Of a DNA stretch of 64,000 bases, positions 37,173-45,704 are shown piece after piece. Numbering within the stretch: the stretch's first letter is position 1; each line of letters begins with the position of its first letter. Source of the stretch: a virus (lineage: Duplodnaviria > Heunggongvirae > Uroviricota > Caudoviricetes); the IMG/VR virus record IMGVR_UViG_3300044295_000252, positions 66,682-130,681 of that record. The stretch is one strand, 5' to 3'. Below the pieces are notes generated by a model, which ran no database searches, had not been told where the DNA came from, and saw nothing but the letters and a program-made list of their open reading frames with translations. The position numbers and the translations under genes were made by a program.

Positions 37173-37376
37173 ATCTATTTCCTTTAATTAAAGTTAATAC
37201 CTTAAACCAATATTTAGTGTATAACAACTGCTGAGAAAAGTAAACAGTTAATTATGCCAAAACAATGGCACATCGAAATGTGCCACTGTGGTAGTTGGGT
37301 AACAAGGCCTATTTCCCGCCCCGTGAGGTTTACGCCGCTAGGCGAAGATCCTCAGAATAAACGTTGTCATTTGCGT

Positions 37377-37574
37377 TTATAGTTTTGCTTCATTAACGAC
37401 GATCGCCTGTCGTGCTGTCTGTTCCGTTACTCCTTGCCCTGTCGAAACCTTGTCACCCCCATCAGAAAGAATCTCTTTCATAACCTCAACTCGTCCATCT
37501 ATGTGTTCGTAAATACCATATTGTATGTTATCACAAACAAATAAGATTCTTCTAAGTTTTGGTTTAGCCTGCAT
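37377..37574 (-). CDS. hypothetical small protein (66 aa; MQAKPKLRRILFV..)
   Basis: Weak. Lies in a ~500-nt mostly noncoding, structured region. Start abuts the tRNA-like 3' element. Confidence 0.25.
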   Translation of the reverse strand: MQAKPKLRRILFVCDNIQYGIYEHIDGRVEVMKEILSDGGDKVSTGQGVTEQTARQAIVVNEAKL

Positions 37575-37587
37575 AAAAAATCCCTTT

Positions 37588-37615
37588 TGGTGGAGGTGAG
37601 GAGAATCGAACTCCT
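37588..37615 (-). ncRNA. tRNA 3'-half-like element (T-arm AGGAG-TTCGATT-CTCCT + CACCTCC-A-CCA); no complete cloverleaf
   Basis: Reverse-complement of 37588-37615 is aggagttcgattctcctcacctccacca. No matching 5' acceptor strand (GGAGGTG) within 500 nt. Confidence 0.3.
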
Positions 37616-37699
37616 GTCCAGAACACATTTTACTTCACTTCATACAGCAATAGACTACAGTATATATTTATTTTTAACCAAGGTCAAATTAAAGTCATT

Positions 37700-38008
37700 T
37701 TATGATTGCGGCTGAAGTTGTTTTTTTAAGTCGTCAACCGTCTTTACTATATCTAATTCCTGTGGTTTGGAATGCGGATTTAATGGTAATGGTAATTGTT
37801 GCCATTCTGATTCTGATACTGAACTCACCAGCGCAAGTTCATAAGCATGACCATCGGAGCCATAAAACTCCACAGTATCAAAACCAACTAAACTGTGCGC
37901 GGCCCGTTCTGCTACACGAGATAATTCCTGCAATGCAGCTGGTTCTGCCACAATATATGCTCTGGTTTTGGGCCCTGAATGCGAATATAAATGTAGTCTT
38001 GCTTTCAT
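37700..38008 (-). CDS. hypothetical protein (102 aa)
   Basis: ATGA overlap with the DnaE-like gene. Confidence 0.45.
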   Translation of the reverse strand: MKARLHLYSHSGPKTRAYIVAEPAALQELSRVAERAAHSLVGFDTVEFYGSDGHAYELALVSSVSESEWQQLPLPLNPHSKPQELDIVKTVDDLKKQLQPQS

Positions 38009-39681
38009 GTTATATGTGCTATGTCTTTTAGGTTAAGTTTTTTACTTTTATATACGGTAACATATTCGCTATTGTTTTTATAGCCTAGTTTGCCCATTCC
38101 CCATAATATAGGCTGTTCATGGAAACTGGCAGCATGTGGCAACACTACGTCCAAATACCTGCCATTGCCAGTACCCAACGTGGCAAAGGTAATATATTCC
38201 TTTGGTCCACTTTTGAAGACTCTATAATTAGCAATAAGACCACAAAACTCAATTTGCCCTGGGCGTCTTACTTCCTGACACACAGGTATAAATCTGTGAC
38301 TATGCCAGCGTCCATTCGCCATAAGATCGTTTATTTCATTACCTTCCATAATAGCGGGCACTGCGCCAGCTAGTTTGGCCTCCTGATAATATACCCAATG
38401 AGCATATGATCCCTGACAGTGTTTTAATGTGGCACGCCAAAACTTTTCAGGATTGTGTGCCTTTTGATAAGCTAGAGCCCAGATTAATCTTCCCAAATTA
38501 GTGGCATGTGCTCTACATAGACCAAAATGACTTAGCTCACGCAGTGCTAATAATACCTCATCACGTCTGGGATTATCACCCACCATTTGCATAAACTCAA
38601 ATATTTTTTCCTCGTTCTTTTTTGCGAATGCTCTGCGCCACATATCTGCTTCATATTGATTACAGCCCAATATCTCACCAATTAGCATTATGGCATCATC
38701 CTCAAACACAATATGATCGTTGAAACTATCCTGACTCCAGTCCTGGAAACTATTTGCGCGACGACGACCCATAGTAGCTACTGGTCTAATCAGGGCGGTA
38801 GCTAAAACACAATCCGAACGTGTGCGGGTTTTTAAGGCTCTGAACAATCTTTTCATAGCTGGACTTTCGCCTTGAGTAACACCTAACGTATTACCAGTCA
38901 TCAATAATTGAGCAGTATCATAGTCTTCTTCTGGATATGATAAAAGATCTCGTTGTTCTATCTCCCACAATTGACTTAATCCACGATTAGCTAAAATGTC
39001 TATTTTAAAATGTTCTAAATCCTCAATCTCATATTTGTCTAATAAAATTTGATTTTTTGCATTGATTAGGCTTTTTGGTACACTACGGTCAAAAATCAAT
39101 ATTCCACCACAGTGTTTACTGATGGCTCTTTTTTTGCCCTGCAACTTGTTGGCAAGACGTTCTGCTTCTGCAACGTATTGTTCTTCTACGACATCAGCAA
39201 GTTTAAAATTCCTTTTCAGCTTACCTTTTGCGCCATAGCGTTTTGCAGCTTCGCGTATTGCACTCTTTTCTTTATAGGTAACATAATTGCTTACTCGTGC
39301 ACTTTGCCCAGGCCAACGTTTGAATATTCTATTCATTACAGTTTCCTGTTGCCAATGTGGGAAATCTAGATCAATGTCTGGCAAGTCATCACGTTTTGGA
39401 TTCATAAAACGTGATAATGGAATTCTTTCCTGCACAGGATCTACATCGCTTATACCGAGAAGATAGCAGACAAGACTACTGCCTGCAGATCCGCGTGTGA
39501 TGTGTGGTATATCTTTTGTGAGATCTAATATTTCGCGAACACGAAGAAAATGTTTCGCAAATCCTAACTTTGCAATGATTTCTAATTCTTCTTCTAGTCT
39601 TTTTGAATATTCTTCTGTATTAGATAATTGTCTTGTGAATAGAGATATAAGTTTTTCAAGTTCATCAAATCTGTCGCCCAT
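38005..39681 (-). CDS. DNA polymerase III alpha (DnaE, C-family)-like catalytic protein lacking the PHP domain
   Basis: ELEIIAKLGFAKHFLRV, TRGSAGSSLVCYLLGISDVDP and RFMNPKRDDLPDIDLDF match the DnaE palm with catalytic Asp residues. C-terminal OB-like segment. Only 558 aa. Confidence 0.75.
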   Translation of the reverse strand: MGDRFDELEKLISLFTRQLSNTEEYSKRLEEELEIIAKLGFAKHFLRVREILDLTKDIPHITRGSAGSSLVCYLLGISDVDPVQERIPLSRFMNPKRDDLPDIDLDFPHWQQETVMNRIFKRWPGQSARVSNYVTYKEKSAIREAAKRYGAKGKLKRNFKLADVVEEQYVAEAERLANKLQGKKRAISKHCGGILIFDRSVPKSLINAKNQILLDKYEIEDLEHFKIDILANRGLSQLWEIEQRDLLSYPEEDYDTAQLLMTGNTLGVTQGESPAMKRLFRALKTRTRSDCVLATALIRPVATMGRRRANSFQDWSQDSFNDHIVFEDDAIMLIGEILGCNQYEADMWRRAFAKKNEEKIFEFMQMVGDNPRRDEVLLALRELSHFGLCRAHATNLGRLIWALAYQKAHNPEKFWRATLKHCQGSYAHWVYYQEAKLAGAVPAIMEGNEINDLMANGRWHSHRFIPVCQEVRRPGQIEFCGLIANYRVFKSGPKEYITFATLGTGNGRYLDVVLPHAASFHEQPILWGMGKLGYKNNSEYVTVYKSKKLNLKDIAHIT

Positions 39682-39751
39682 AGAATGCCTTTAAGTGCCA
39701 TAATATAGGATATTTATTTAGATGATCTGTTGAAATGTATTTTCTTTCACA

Positions 39752-39985
39752 TCAACGTTTATGAACACGCGGTCTAAATCGTTGATTGTATCGTACCTTT
39801 TTACGGCGGTTTCGACCCAGTGAACTTACACCAGTGACTCCACGAATACTTCTAAAACAATCACACCAATACATTCTATTACGACGATCCGCAGCATGAT
39901 AATTTCTACGATTCTGAAATAGCATGCGAATACCCACCATGCTTTGCCCCGGTCCCCAGTGTAGCATTTCTAGTGTTGTAATCAT
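39752..39985 (-). CDS. small highly basic protein (77 aa)
   Basis: Arg/Lys-rich (RRNRMYWCD...GRNRRKKVRYNQRFRPRVHKR). Uncertain. Confidence 0.3.
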   Translation of the reverse strand: MITTLEMLHWGPGQSMVGIRMLFQNRRNYHAADRRNRMYWCDCFRSIRGVTGVSSLGRNRRKKVRYNQRFRPRVHKR

Positions 39986-40174
39986 AGCAAAAAGTTGAGC
40001 AGTAGTTTGTATAGCCTTAACCTGGGTCCGGATACTCCTGGTAGTGCTATTTTTGTCGCTGCTCCAGCTGCCGTCCTCTAAAGACGCAGTGCCCGTTGAT
40101 CGAAATCAAACGAGGTTAGTGTTCCTTGTATTTACACAGCCTACGCTAATTATAGTTCAAAGTCAACCTATATA

Positions 40175-41065
40175 TTACCAAACGATATATCCGCGACAAT
40201 AACCATAGGGACGATTTGCAGCATCAGTAAATGCCTGCTGCCAATTACTACGCTGATACCCCTGTGTCCAAAAATGATCAACATTAAGATCACCACTGCT
40301 GATCCAGCGTTGGGCCATACGCATACAGCTGATGAACTGTGGATTGCGCGGGCTTGGAAACATAACAGTAGCAGCCCGCCACAACAAATATTCATATGTG
40401 GTTGTAACCGCAGGATGTTTTGATGCAGCCTGTATCAACAGTCCATTTTCTTTTAAATTACTATGCTCGGTATCATTACCTAGATCAATTACTACATCAT
40501 AATCCTGACTGGTTCCCATTAGCAAACGATCGCCCCATAATTCCAAATTATGACTACCCAGTACATCAATACAGTTAAATTCCACGTGGTTCTGTAGCAG
40601 TGTGTGATATGCTACCCAGCTTAAAAATCCAGATCCTTTAATTAGTATACTGCGTTCTGGTCCACTACGTTCAGCAATTTCCCTAATACATTGCATAATA
40701 ACGTTCACACCACAGGCCACTGGTTCCAGTATGTAACGCTGATGCGGTTCTGGTACCGCGACATAAGTGCCGTAACGAGCATTATAATAATCTGCATAAG
40801 CAGGCTCGCCTCTAGTAGCCACATAATCACCCACACCCACATCAATAATATTTGATCCCACTGCTGTTACTTGGCCCAGTCCTTCGTGCCCCTGCATGTG
40901 TATGGGCAGCGGACCAAAACGACCCTGCATCATGTCTATGTCGCTGCGGCACACTCCAGTCATTACCGCACGAACTTCGATTTCATCTTTGCCAATATCA
41001 GGTTTATCCCAAGCGGTTTCAGTGAATTCGCCAGTACCGGCGGTCTGCAGAATCTTAACCTTCAT
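40175..41065 (-). CDS. Zn-dependent alcohol dehydrogenase-like (MDR superfamily) oxidoreductase
   Basis: GVCRSD catalytic-zinc motif, GHEG, Rossmann region (IKGSGFLSW). 296 aa. Confidence 0.7.
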   Translation of the reverse strand: MKVKILQTAGTGEFTETAWDKPDIGKDEIEVRAVMTGVCRSDIDMMQGRFGPLPIHMQGHEGLGQVTAVGSNIIDVGVGDYVATRGEPAYADYYNARYGTYVAVPEPHQRYILEPVACGVNVIMQCIREIAERSGPERSILIKGSGFLSWVAYHTLLQNHVEFNCIDVLGSHNLELWGDRLLMGTSQDYDVVIDLGNDTEHSNLKENGLLIQAASKHPAVTTTYEYLLWRAATVMFPSPRNPQFISCMRMAQRWISSGDLNVDHFWTQGYQRSNWQQAFTDAANRPYGYCRGYIVW

Positions 41066-41315
41066 TGTATTGCTCTCCTAAGTATTTCAATATAAAAAAT
41101 GTCTTCATAGATTCATCATAAAAATCCAAGCAAAAAACTACCCTATACTGATAGTCAATTAAATTAGCGTTCCAATAGGTTCCACTATGCCGTCTTACTG
41201 TGCAGCCCAATTCACGTCGCATCACATAAGTGATATTAATGCGTGGACCATATTCGGCCGATAATCGAGTGTATAGTGCAGCCCACTGCTCTGGAGTGAA
41301 TTCTAAGGGTTTCAT
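41055..41315 (-). CDS. hypothetical protein
   Basis: 86-aa ORF. Confidence 0.45.
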   Translation of the reverse strand: MKPLEFTPEQWAALYTRLSAEYGPRINITYVMRRELGCTVRRHSGTYWNANLIDYQYRVVFCLDFYDESMKTFFILKYLGEQYNEG

Positions 41316-41545
41316 TCTGTGAATTGATTACGACCCAACATAAAGAAGTCAACTTCGGCTTCACTGCTAAAGGCAAAACCAAAAGGATCGCCTCGCCAAC
41401 CGCGCACCACTCGAACGTCTAGTCCGCGCTCACGCGCCCAGGCCAGTGTTTCGGCTACGAAATCGTCACTAAATATTTTGCCTTCTTCCTCAGTAACCAT
41501 CAGTGGAAATTCTGTGATTGGATGTGGTCTGACTTTAAGTTTCAT
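41312..41545 (-). CDS. small protein, divergent member B1 of the second array
   Basis: ..FGFAFSSEAEVDFFML.. resembles the family motif but is not terminal. Confidence 0.4.
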   Translation of the reverse strand: MKLKVRPHPITEFPLMVTEEEGKIFSDDFVAETLAWARERGLDVRVVRGWRGDPFGFAFSSEAEVDFFMLGRNQFTE

Positions 41546-41546
41546 A

Positions 41547-41762
41547 TTAAGCGTATTTCAATAAAAATAGTGTGCGATCTTCGTTGGTATCAAAACAAAG
41601 GTCCACAGTTCTTGGTTGTCCTTGACCCCACTCAAGATGATAATTGCCGGGATGCACCTCTTTGAATACTGTTTCCATTTCTTTAAGAGTTACATCATCC
41701 GCAGGCTCATGAGCAAATGTTTCTTGTAGATGCCACATTGATTCTTCATATCGCATTGGCAT
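41547..41762 (-). CDS. FxL(R/K)W small-protein family, member B2
   Basis: C-terminus ...FDTNEDRTLFLLKYA. Confidence 0.5.
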   Translation of the reverse strand: MPMRYEESMWHLQETFAHEPADDVTLKEMETVFKEVHPGNYHLEWGQGQPRTVDLCFDTNEDRTLFLLKYA

Positions 41763-41793
41763 ATAATAAACAATTTTCCTATCTCAGTCAAGC

Positions 41794-42006
41794 TCACTGC
41801 CAACGTAAGATGAAAAGTGTAGCATCCTCTTCTCGGTCAAATCTTATATAAGGATCCCAACGACTAGTCTGTGCATTATACTCACGGTAAACCCAATCGT
41901 CAAAGTCAACAAAAGGATCAACACTATCTGATCTTGAAACCCAAACGTTATCGTAAAAATAATCAACTAACTTTTCAGAATATAATGTTTTAAGTATCTT
42001 AGTCAT
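41794..42006 (-). CDS. FxL(R/K)W small-protein family, member B3
   Basis: C-terminus ...FDREEDATLFILRWQ. Confidence 0.55.
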   Translation of the reverse strand: MTKILKTLYSEKLVDYFYDNVWVSRSDSVDPFVDFDDWVYREYNAQTSRWDPYIRFDREEDATLFILRWQ

Positions 42007-42226
42007 ATTGCTGTGCTAATATTTCAAATAATGTTGCATATTCGCTAAAGGGTTCGATGTGGAAACTGAACGTCCCACGCCAAACTATTCGTTTATAGCA
42101 CTGTTCCATCCAGACCCAACGATTACCAATGGTGCGATGTGGCAGTAGGGCAAAGGTCTTGTACCAGTTGATCTCTACGTTGACTATGGGATCACGCTCT
42201 AACACGAATTGGTATTTTCCTTTCAT
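41999..42226 (-). CDS. small protein, member B4 (divergent C-terminus ..ATLFEILAQQYD)
   Basis: Start at MKGKYQF. The track N-terminus MVRTEVA is the frame-shadow artefact. Confidence 0.45.
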   Translation of the reverse strand: MKGKYQFVLERDPIVNVEINWYKTFALLPHRTIGNRWVWMEQCYKRIVWRGTFSFHIEPFSEYATLFEILAQQYD

Positions 42227-42441
42227 AGCCACCTCAGTGCGAACCATACCTGTTGTTCTTTGGTCCTAAAGTACCAGGGCTTTTCAAAAACCGCATTGAT
42301 AAAAACATCATCTTCTCCCCAACCCTGTTGTCTACACCATTCACGCATTAGATTCCAATGTCGAAATTGTTCATGGGGGATGTCACTGGGGAATCTTGGC
42401 GTCACTCCGGGCCCACAGGCTTGAAATTTACGTTCGTCCAT
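42223..42441 (-). CDS. FxL(R/K)W small-protein family, member B5
   Basis: C-terminus ...FRTKEQQVWFALRWL. ATGA overlap. Confidence 0.55.
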   Translation of the reverse strand: MDERKFQACGPGVTPRFPSDIPHEQFRHWNLMREWCRQQGWGEDDVFINAVFEKPWYFRTKEQQVWFALRWL

Positions 42442-42444
42442 AGT

Positions 42445-42666
42445 TCACACCCACCTCAGGGTAAATAATGTTGCTAATTTTTCATCAGGAATATCCACTG
42501 TACAAATTATATCTATACCGTCTATGCCATGGGCTAAACCATATCGCAAAGACCAATCCTGCCCGGACAGGCCTCTAGCGGTATCGGCAGCGGTCACTGG
42601 CCCAATGTATTTTATGAGCCAGTCTACCATGCCGTCCCAGTCCTCATTTTGCGTGGAGATTTTCAT
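42445..42666 (-). CDS. FxL(R/K)W small-protein family, member B6 (paralogue of A5)
   Basis: C-terminus ...DIPDEKLATLFTLRWV. Start at MKISTQNED. ATGA overlap. Confidence 0.55.
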   Translation of the reverse strand: MKISTQNEDWDGMVDWLIKYIGPVTAADTARGLSGQDWSLRYGLAHGIDGIDIICTVDIPDEKLATLFTLRWV

Positions 42667-43046
42667 GCCCATTTCATCGCTGTTATTGTGGCCCATTTGC
42701 CTTTGCCCCAAATAAATTTAACTTCCAGCCCGGTAAATTTATGCTGCAAATTCCAAGCGCGACCACGACGGCCAACATTGGCTTCTAACCATGTGAGTAG
42801 AGCAGATAAATTATCCGGATACTTTAGTGTGATCACCGTGCCGGGAACCCAATCCCAATATTTGTTACTGCACCAACGTTGGAATCTTCGCCAACGTGAT
42901 ATACGACCCATAGTAAACATTTGACCTGCAGACCCTGTCATTGGTTGTGTGTTTATTAGTTCATTAGCTATTAGATTGGGCAGAACCTTGCGTATCATGG
43001 GTAAAATTACTTTCTGTATTTCCTTTATTTCTTTATCTTCACTCAT
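42663..43046 (-). CDS. FxL(R/K)W-related small protein, member B7 (ends ..ITAMKWA)
   Basis: 127 aa. C-terminus ...KWATITAMKWA. Confidence 0.5.
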   Translation of the reverse strand: MSEDKEIKEIQKVILPMIRKVLPNLIANELINTQPMTGSAGQMFTMGRISRWRRFQRWCSNKYWDWVPGTVITLKYPDNLSALLTWLEANVGRRGRAWNLQHKFTGLEVKFIWGKGKWATITAMKWA

Positions 43047-43279
43047 TGTGGCCACCTCAATAATGTCATGGTCAATTGCTCATCGGTGATCAATGCTCTG
43101 CAATCTTCTTTGCCGACACCGTTTATACAATAGACCATATCGTCGTCATCACCAAACGTGTTCCTGATCCAGCGTAAAATTTCACTGCCTCGACGGCCGT
43201 AAAATACACATTCCCAGCGACCATGATAGTAGCTGCTGGGATGAAAGTCCGCGTCACGAATATAAACAGATGGTTTCAT
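43043..43279 (-). CDS. FxL(R/K)W small-protein family, member B8
   Basis: C-terminus ...ITDEQLTMTLLRWPQ. Confidence 0.5.
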   Translation of the reverse strand: MKPSVYIRDADFHPSSYYHGRWECVFYGRRGSEILRWIRNTFGDDDDMVYCINGVGKEDCRALITDEQLTMTLLRWPQ

Positions 43280-43282
43280 TCT

Positions 43283-43579
43283 CTACGACCATTTCAACAC
43301 AAACAACGTCATATCCGACTCATTGAAAAATTCCAAGTGGCACCTGCCATCAACTTTTGTCAACACCGCACCTTGGTCAAATAACCAATCACCAAACTTA
43401 CGATACCGTATACTGTCCCACAAATGCACATTTGGTTTTGGTGGTGGCACCATATAATTTTGATACTGTGCAACGTACCCCGAGTCCGTCAGAAACTGTT
43501 GTGCAGCATTGCGTAAACAAGCCTCAGATTCCAGTTTGGCCAATTTCATGTCACTTATGTCCAGCGCAATACGAACCAA
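43283..43579 (-). CDS. FxL(R/K)W small-protein family, member B9
   Basis: C-terminus ...FNESDMTLFVLKWS. 5' end uncertain. Confidence 0.5.
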   Translation of the reverse strand: MVRIALDISDMKLAKLESEACLRNAAQQFLTDSGYVAQYQNYMVPPPKPNVHLWDSIRYRKFGDWLFDQGAVLTKVDGRCHLEFFNESDMTLFVLKWS

Positions 43580-43740
43580 GTTTCCTGCTGCGGGGTATCA
43601 AACAACAATCCACCAAAGCCATCGGGATAACCACCATATTCCTGTTCGATGAAATCCAAGACCTGGGTAATGTCTGCATGCCCGCGTTCTCGCAGAAGAT
43701 GCAACATTACCTTATGTTTGTAATCGTCAAAGTTGATCAC
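43555..43740 (-). CDS. FxL(R/K)W small-protein family, member B10
   Basis: C-terminus ...FDTPQQETWFVLRWT. ATGA overlap. Confidence 0.55.
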   Translation of the reverse strand: MINFDDYKHKVMLHLLRERGHADITQVLDFIEQEYGGYPDGFGGLLFDTPQQETWFVLRWT

Positions 43741-43961
43741 GAGAACTTCAATGCAAACATTATAGCATCTTGCTCGCGAGCAAAACTGTATATTAGTTCT
43801 TTGGCAGTATGCTCCACATGCCAGGGTCTGGATTCGTCAACCAAGTCTCGAAATTTAGCATAGGTTCCCACATTATCTACCATCCAAGCATTTATAGGAC
43901 TTTCGTTTATATAACGATTTGGCTTGTTAGGCTGCCGTAACACTATTCTAGCTGCAATCAT
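43737..43961 (-). CDS. FxL(R/K)W small-protein family, member B11
   Basis: C-terminus ...FAREQDAIMFALKFS. ATGA overlap. Confidence 0.55.
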   Translation of the reverse strand: MIAARIVLRQPNKPNRYINESPINAWMVDNVGTYAKFRDLVDESRPWHVEHTAKELIYSFAREQDAIMFALKFS

Positions 43962-44167
43962 GACCACCTCAACAAAAATAACGCCACATCCTCTTCTTTG
44001 GCAAACTTTATCCAGCCACCGTGATAATCCCAGCGACGGTCATTGGCGGGATTGCCAAATGTAGCAAAACACCAACCAAGCACATAAGGTGATGCAATAC
44101 TTCCCGGGGTCCAATAGGTTTCCCAGGCAAATTCACGGTCAGGTCTATGTCGAAAATCCCAGTTCAT
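43958..44167 (-). CDS. FxL(R/K)W small-protein family, member B12
   Basis: C-terminus ...FAKEEDVALFLLRWS. Confidence 0.55.
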   Translation of the reverse strand: MNWDFRHRPDREFAWETYWTPGSIASPYVLGWCFATFGNPANDRRWDYHGGWIKFAKEEDVALFLLRWS

Positions 44168-44168
44168 A

Positions 44169-44399
44169 TTAACCAACAGGTATACTAGACAATTTTACCC
44201 AAAAGAATTCCCGGTCATCAAAATGGTTTTGATCCTGTCGATCTTTGATGACCCGCACCGTACCATCATTGGACTCGGCCCAGGCCTTTTCGGCCATCGC
44301 CAATACCCGCATGGGCATGTTTAGATCATTTACTTCGCCCACATGTATTAGATAATGCGGCGGTGGCAAATGTTTTGGCAGTTTAAAATAATAGTTCAT
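44169..44399 (-). CDS. small protein B13 (no terminal motif)
   Basis: 77 aa, embedded in the array. ATGA overlap with the upstream member. Confidence 0.45.
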   Translation of the reverse strand: MNYYFKLPKHLPPPHYLIHVGEVNDLNMPMRVLAMAEKAWAESNDGTVRVIKDRQDQNHFDDREFFWVKLSSIPVG

Positions 44400-44770
44400 T
44401 GCCATTTAAGATGGAACAAAGTGAGTTCTTCGTCGCTTTGCAAATAAATGGTGCTATGGTAACGTGGCCCGCGTGGTTTGGTGCGAGTATCAAAAGACCA
44501 TTTTGTCCAGCTACGTTTCCTACCATGTTCATTCCACCACTGATATTCCACGGCCGGCCCCCAAGTGGCATAACACCACTCTCTTACGCCAAGAAACTCT
44601 TCAACTTCCATTCTAATCTGCCATTTGAAATAGCCAAACAGATCGTTTCTGGCGTCAATCTTACGTATAAGAAAAGATTTCACTGGTGCTGTTCCCATAT
44701 AAGCCTGTAGGATAGGATGTATCTTATATGCGGCCTGTTTGCCAATACGATACCACTTATTTGAGTTCAT
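44396..44770 (-). CDS. FxL(R/K)W small-protein family, member B14 (124 aa)
   Basis: C-terminus ...LQSDEELTLFHLKWQ. Start probably at MNSNKW. Confidence 0.5.
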   Translation of the reverse strand: MNSNKWYRIGKQAAYKIHPILQAYMGTAPVKSFLIRKIDARNDLFGYFKWQIRMEVEEFLGVREWCYATWGPAVEYQWWNEHGRKRSWTKWSFDTRTKPRGPRYHSTIYLQSDEELTLFHLKWQ

Positions 44771-45644
44771 CAATGATTTTGTGGATCCACAGATCACATT
44801 GTTGTTGACGATACCAAAAGTCATCATCGGCTAAATGATCCACGCAGTCCTTGATCATGTTGCCATACACATAATCAGGGCAAAGTCCAAGATCAAACCG
44901 CGATATGATGCCAGCGGTATAGAAGCTAACTTGCACATTGTCATCATCCAAACTGCGCCAGTCTGCAGTGATATCAATGTTGTAGTCAGGCCGCTCAAAG
45001 GCAACATGAACAAAGTCATCAACATCATACACGCCCTGGGGATTTATAGTGCCATAATCAGTACTGGTCAAATCACTGAGCCGCCAGTTTTGGCTACGCA
45101 TACTGCCGCTGGGCATCAAGGACTCATAGTCAGGTACGACGGCAGCTACAATACTCAGCAGGTGCGGCAATAGGTCACGGCTCACTCCGCCCCACGCATA
45201 TTGCCTCTGAGTAAACCAACTACCGGGACTGGGCACACGATCGTGATTGATCCAGTTCAGACGTATCAGTCGAGTTACCGGCAACATCGCTTGCCACTCA
45301 GCTATCCAGGGTCGCCACTGATTATTTTTGACCATTGTGATACGCTTATAGGGAAACGTATTGATCAAATTACGCCACCGTTGTTCAGTTTGCAGACCGG
45401 GCTTTTCCACGAATACGATGTTGCTGCGCTCAGCTACGCGATATGCAAGCTCTTCGTGAGTAAAATTGGGTGTACAAATATGCGCGACATCATAGTTCTG
45501 TGTCAGCGCAGAGTCAAGGTTGAGATATGTTGCATACTTATTGGTATCTGGATCTACGGTTACAACGTCATAGCCCAGAATCTCTAGCTGTTGTTTATAC
45601 AGTTTACCAATGCCCATACCTACTACCAATGCCTGTCTATTCAT
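44757..45644 (-). CDS. Gfo/Idh/MocA-family NAD(P)-dependent oxidoreductase
   Basis: N-terminal Rossmann fold VVGMGIGKLY. Conserved EKP motif (VFVEKP). 295 aa. Confidence 0.65.
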   Translation of the reverse strand: MNRQALVVGMGIGKLYKQQLEILGYDVVTVDPDTNKYATYLNLDSALTQNYDVAHICTPNFTHEELAYRVAERSNIVFVEKPGLQTEQRWRNLINTFPYKRITMVKNNQWRPWIAEWQAMLPVTRLIRLNWINHDRVPSPGSWFTQRQYAWGGVSRDLLPHLLSIVAAVVPDYESLMPSGSMRSQNWRLSDLTSTDYGTINPQGVYDVDDFVHVAFERPDYNIDITADWRSLDDDNVQVSFYTAGIISRFDLGLCPDYVYGNMIKDCVDHLADDDFWYRQQQCDLWIHKIIDELK

Positions 45645-45661
45645 AATAGTCTCCTGCGGTT

Positions 45662-45690
45662 ATTATAGCAAGTATGCGGTCGAATGTCAA
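45662..45690 (-). promoter_or_regulatory. sigma70-type promoter (-35 TTGACA 45685-45690, 17-nt spacer, -10 TATAAT 45662-45667) + CAGGAG SD
   Basis: Reverse-complement reads TTGACAttcgaccgcatacttgcTATAATaaccgcaggagactatt ATG. Confidence 0.7.
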
Positions 45691-45704
45691 TTGCTGATGT
45701 GAGT

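Noticed and set aside
37588-37663. Complete second tRNA gene on the - strand at 37588-37663
   Set aside because: Only the T-arm, acceptor 3' strand and CCA are present. No D-arm, anticodon arm or complementary 5' acceptor strand can be formed from the upstream 100-400 nt. It is retained only as a tRNA-like fragment.
39985-40175. Promoter-like TTGACT..TATAAT in the 39985-40175 gap
   Set aside because: The -35-like and -10-like hexamers are only 6 nt apart (TTGACTTTGAACTATAAT), which is incompatible with a sigma70 spacer.
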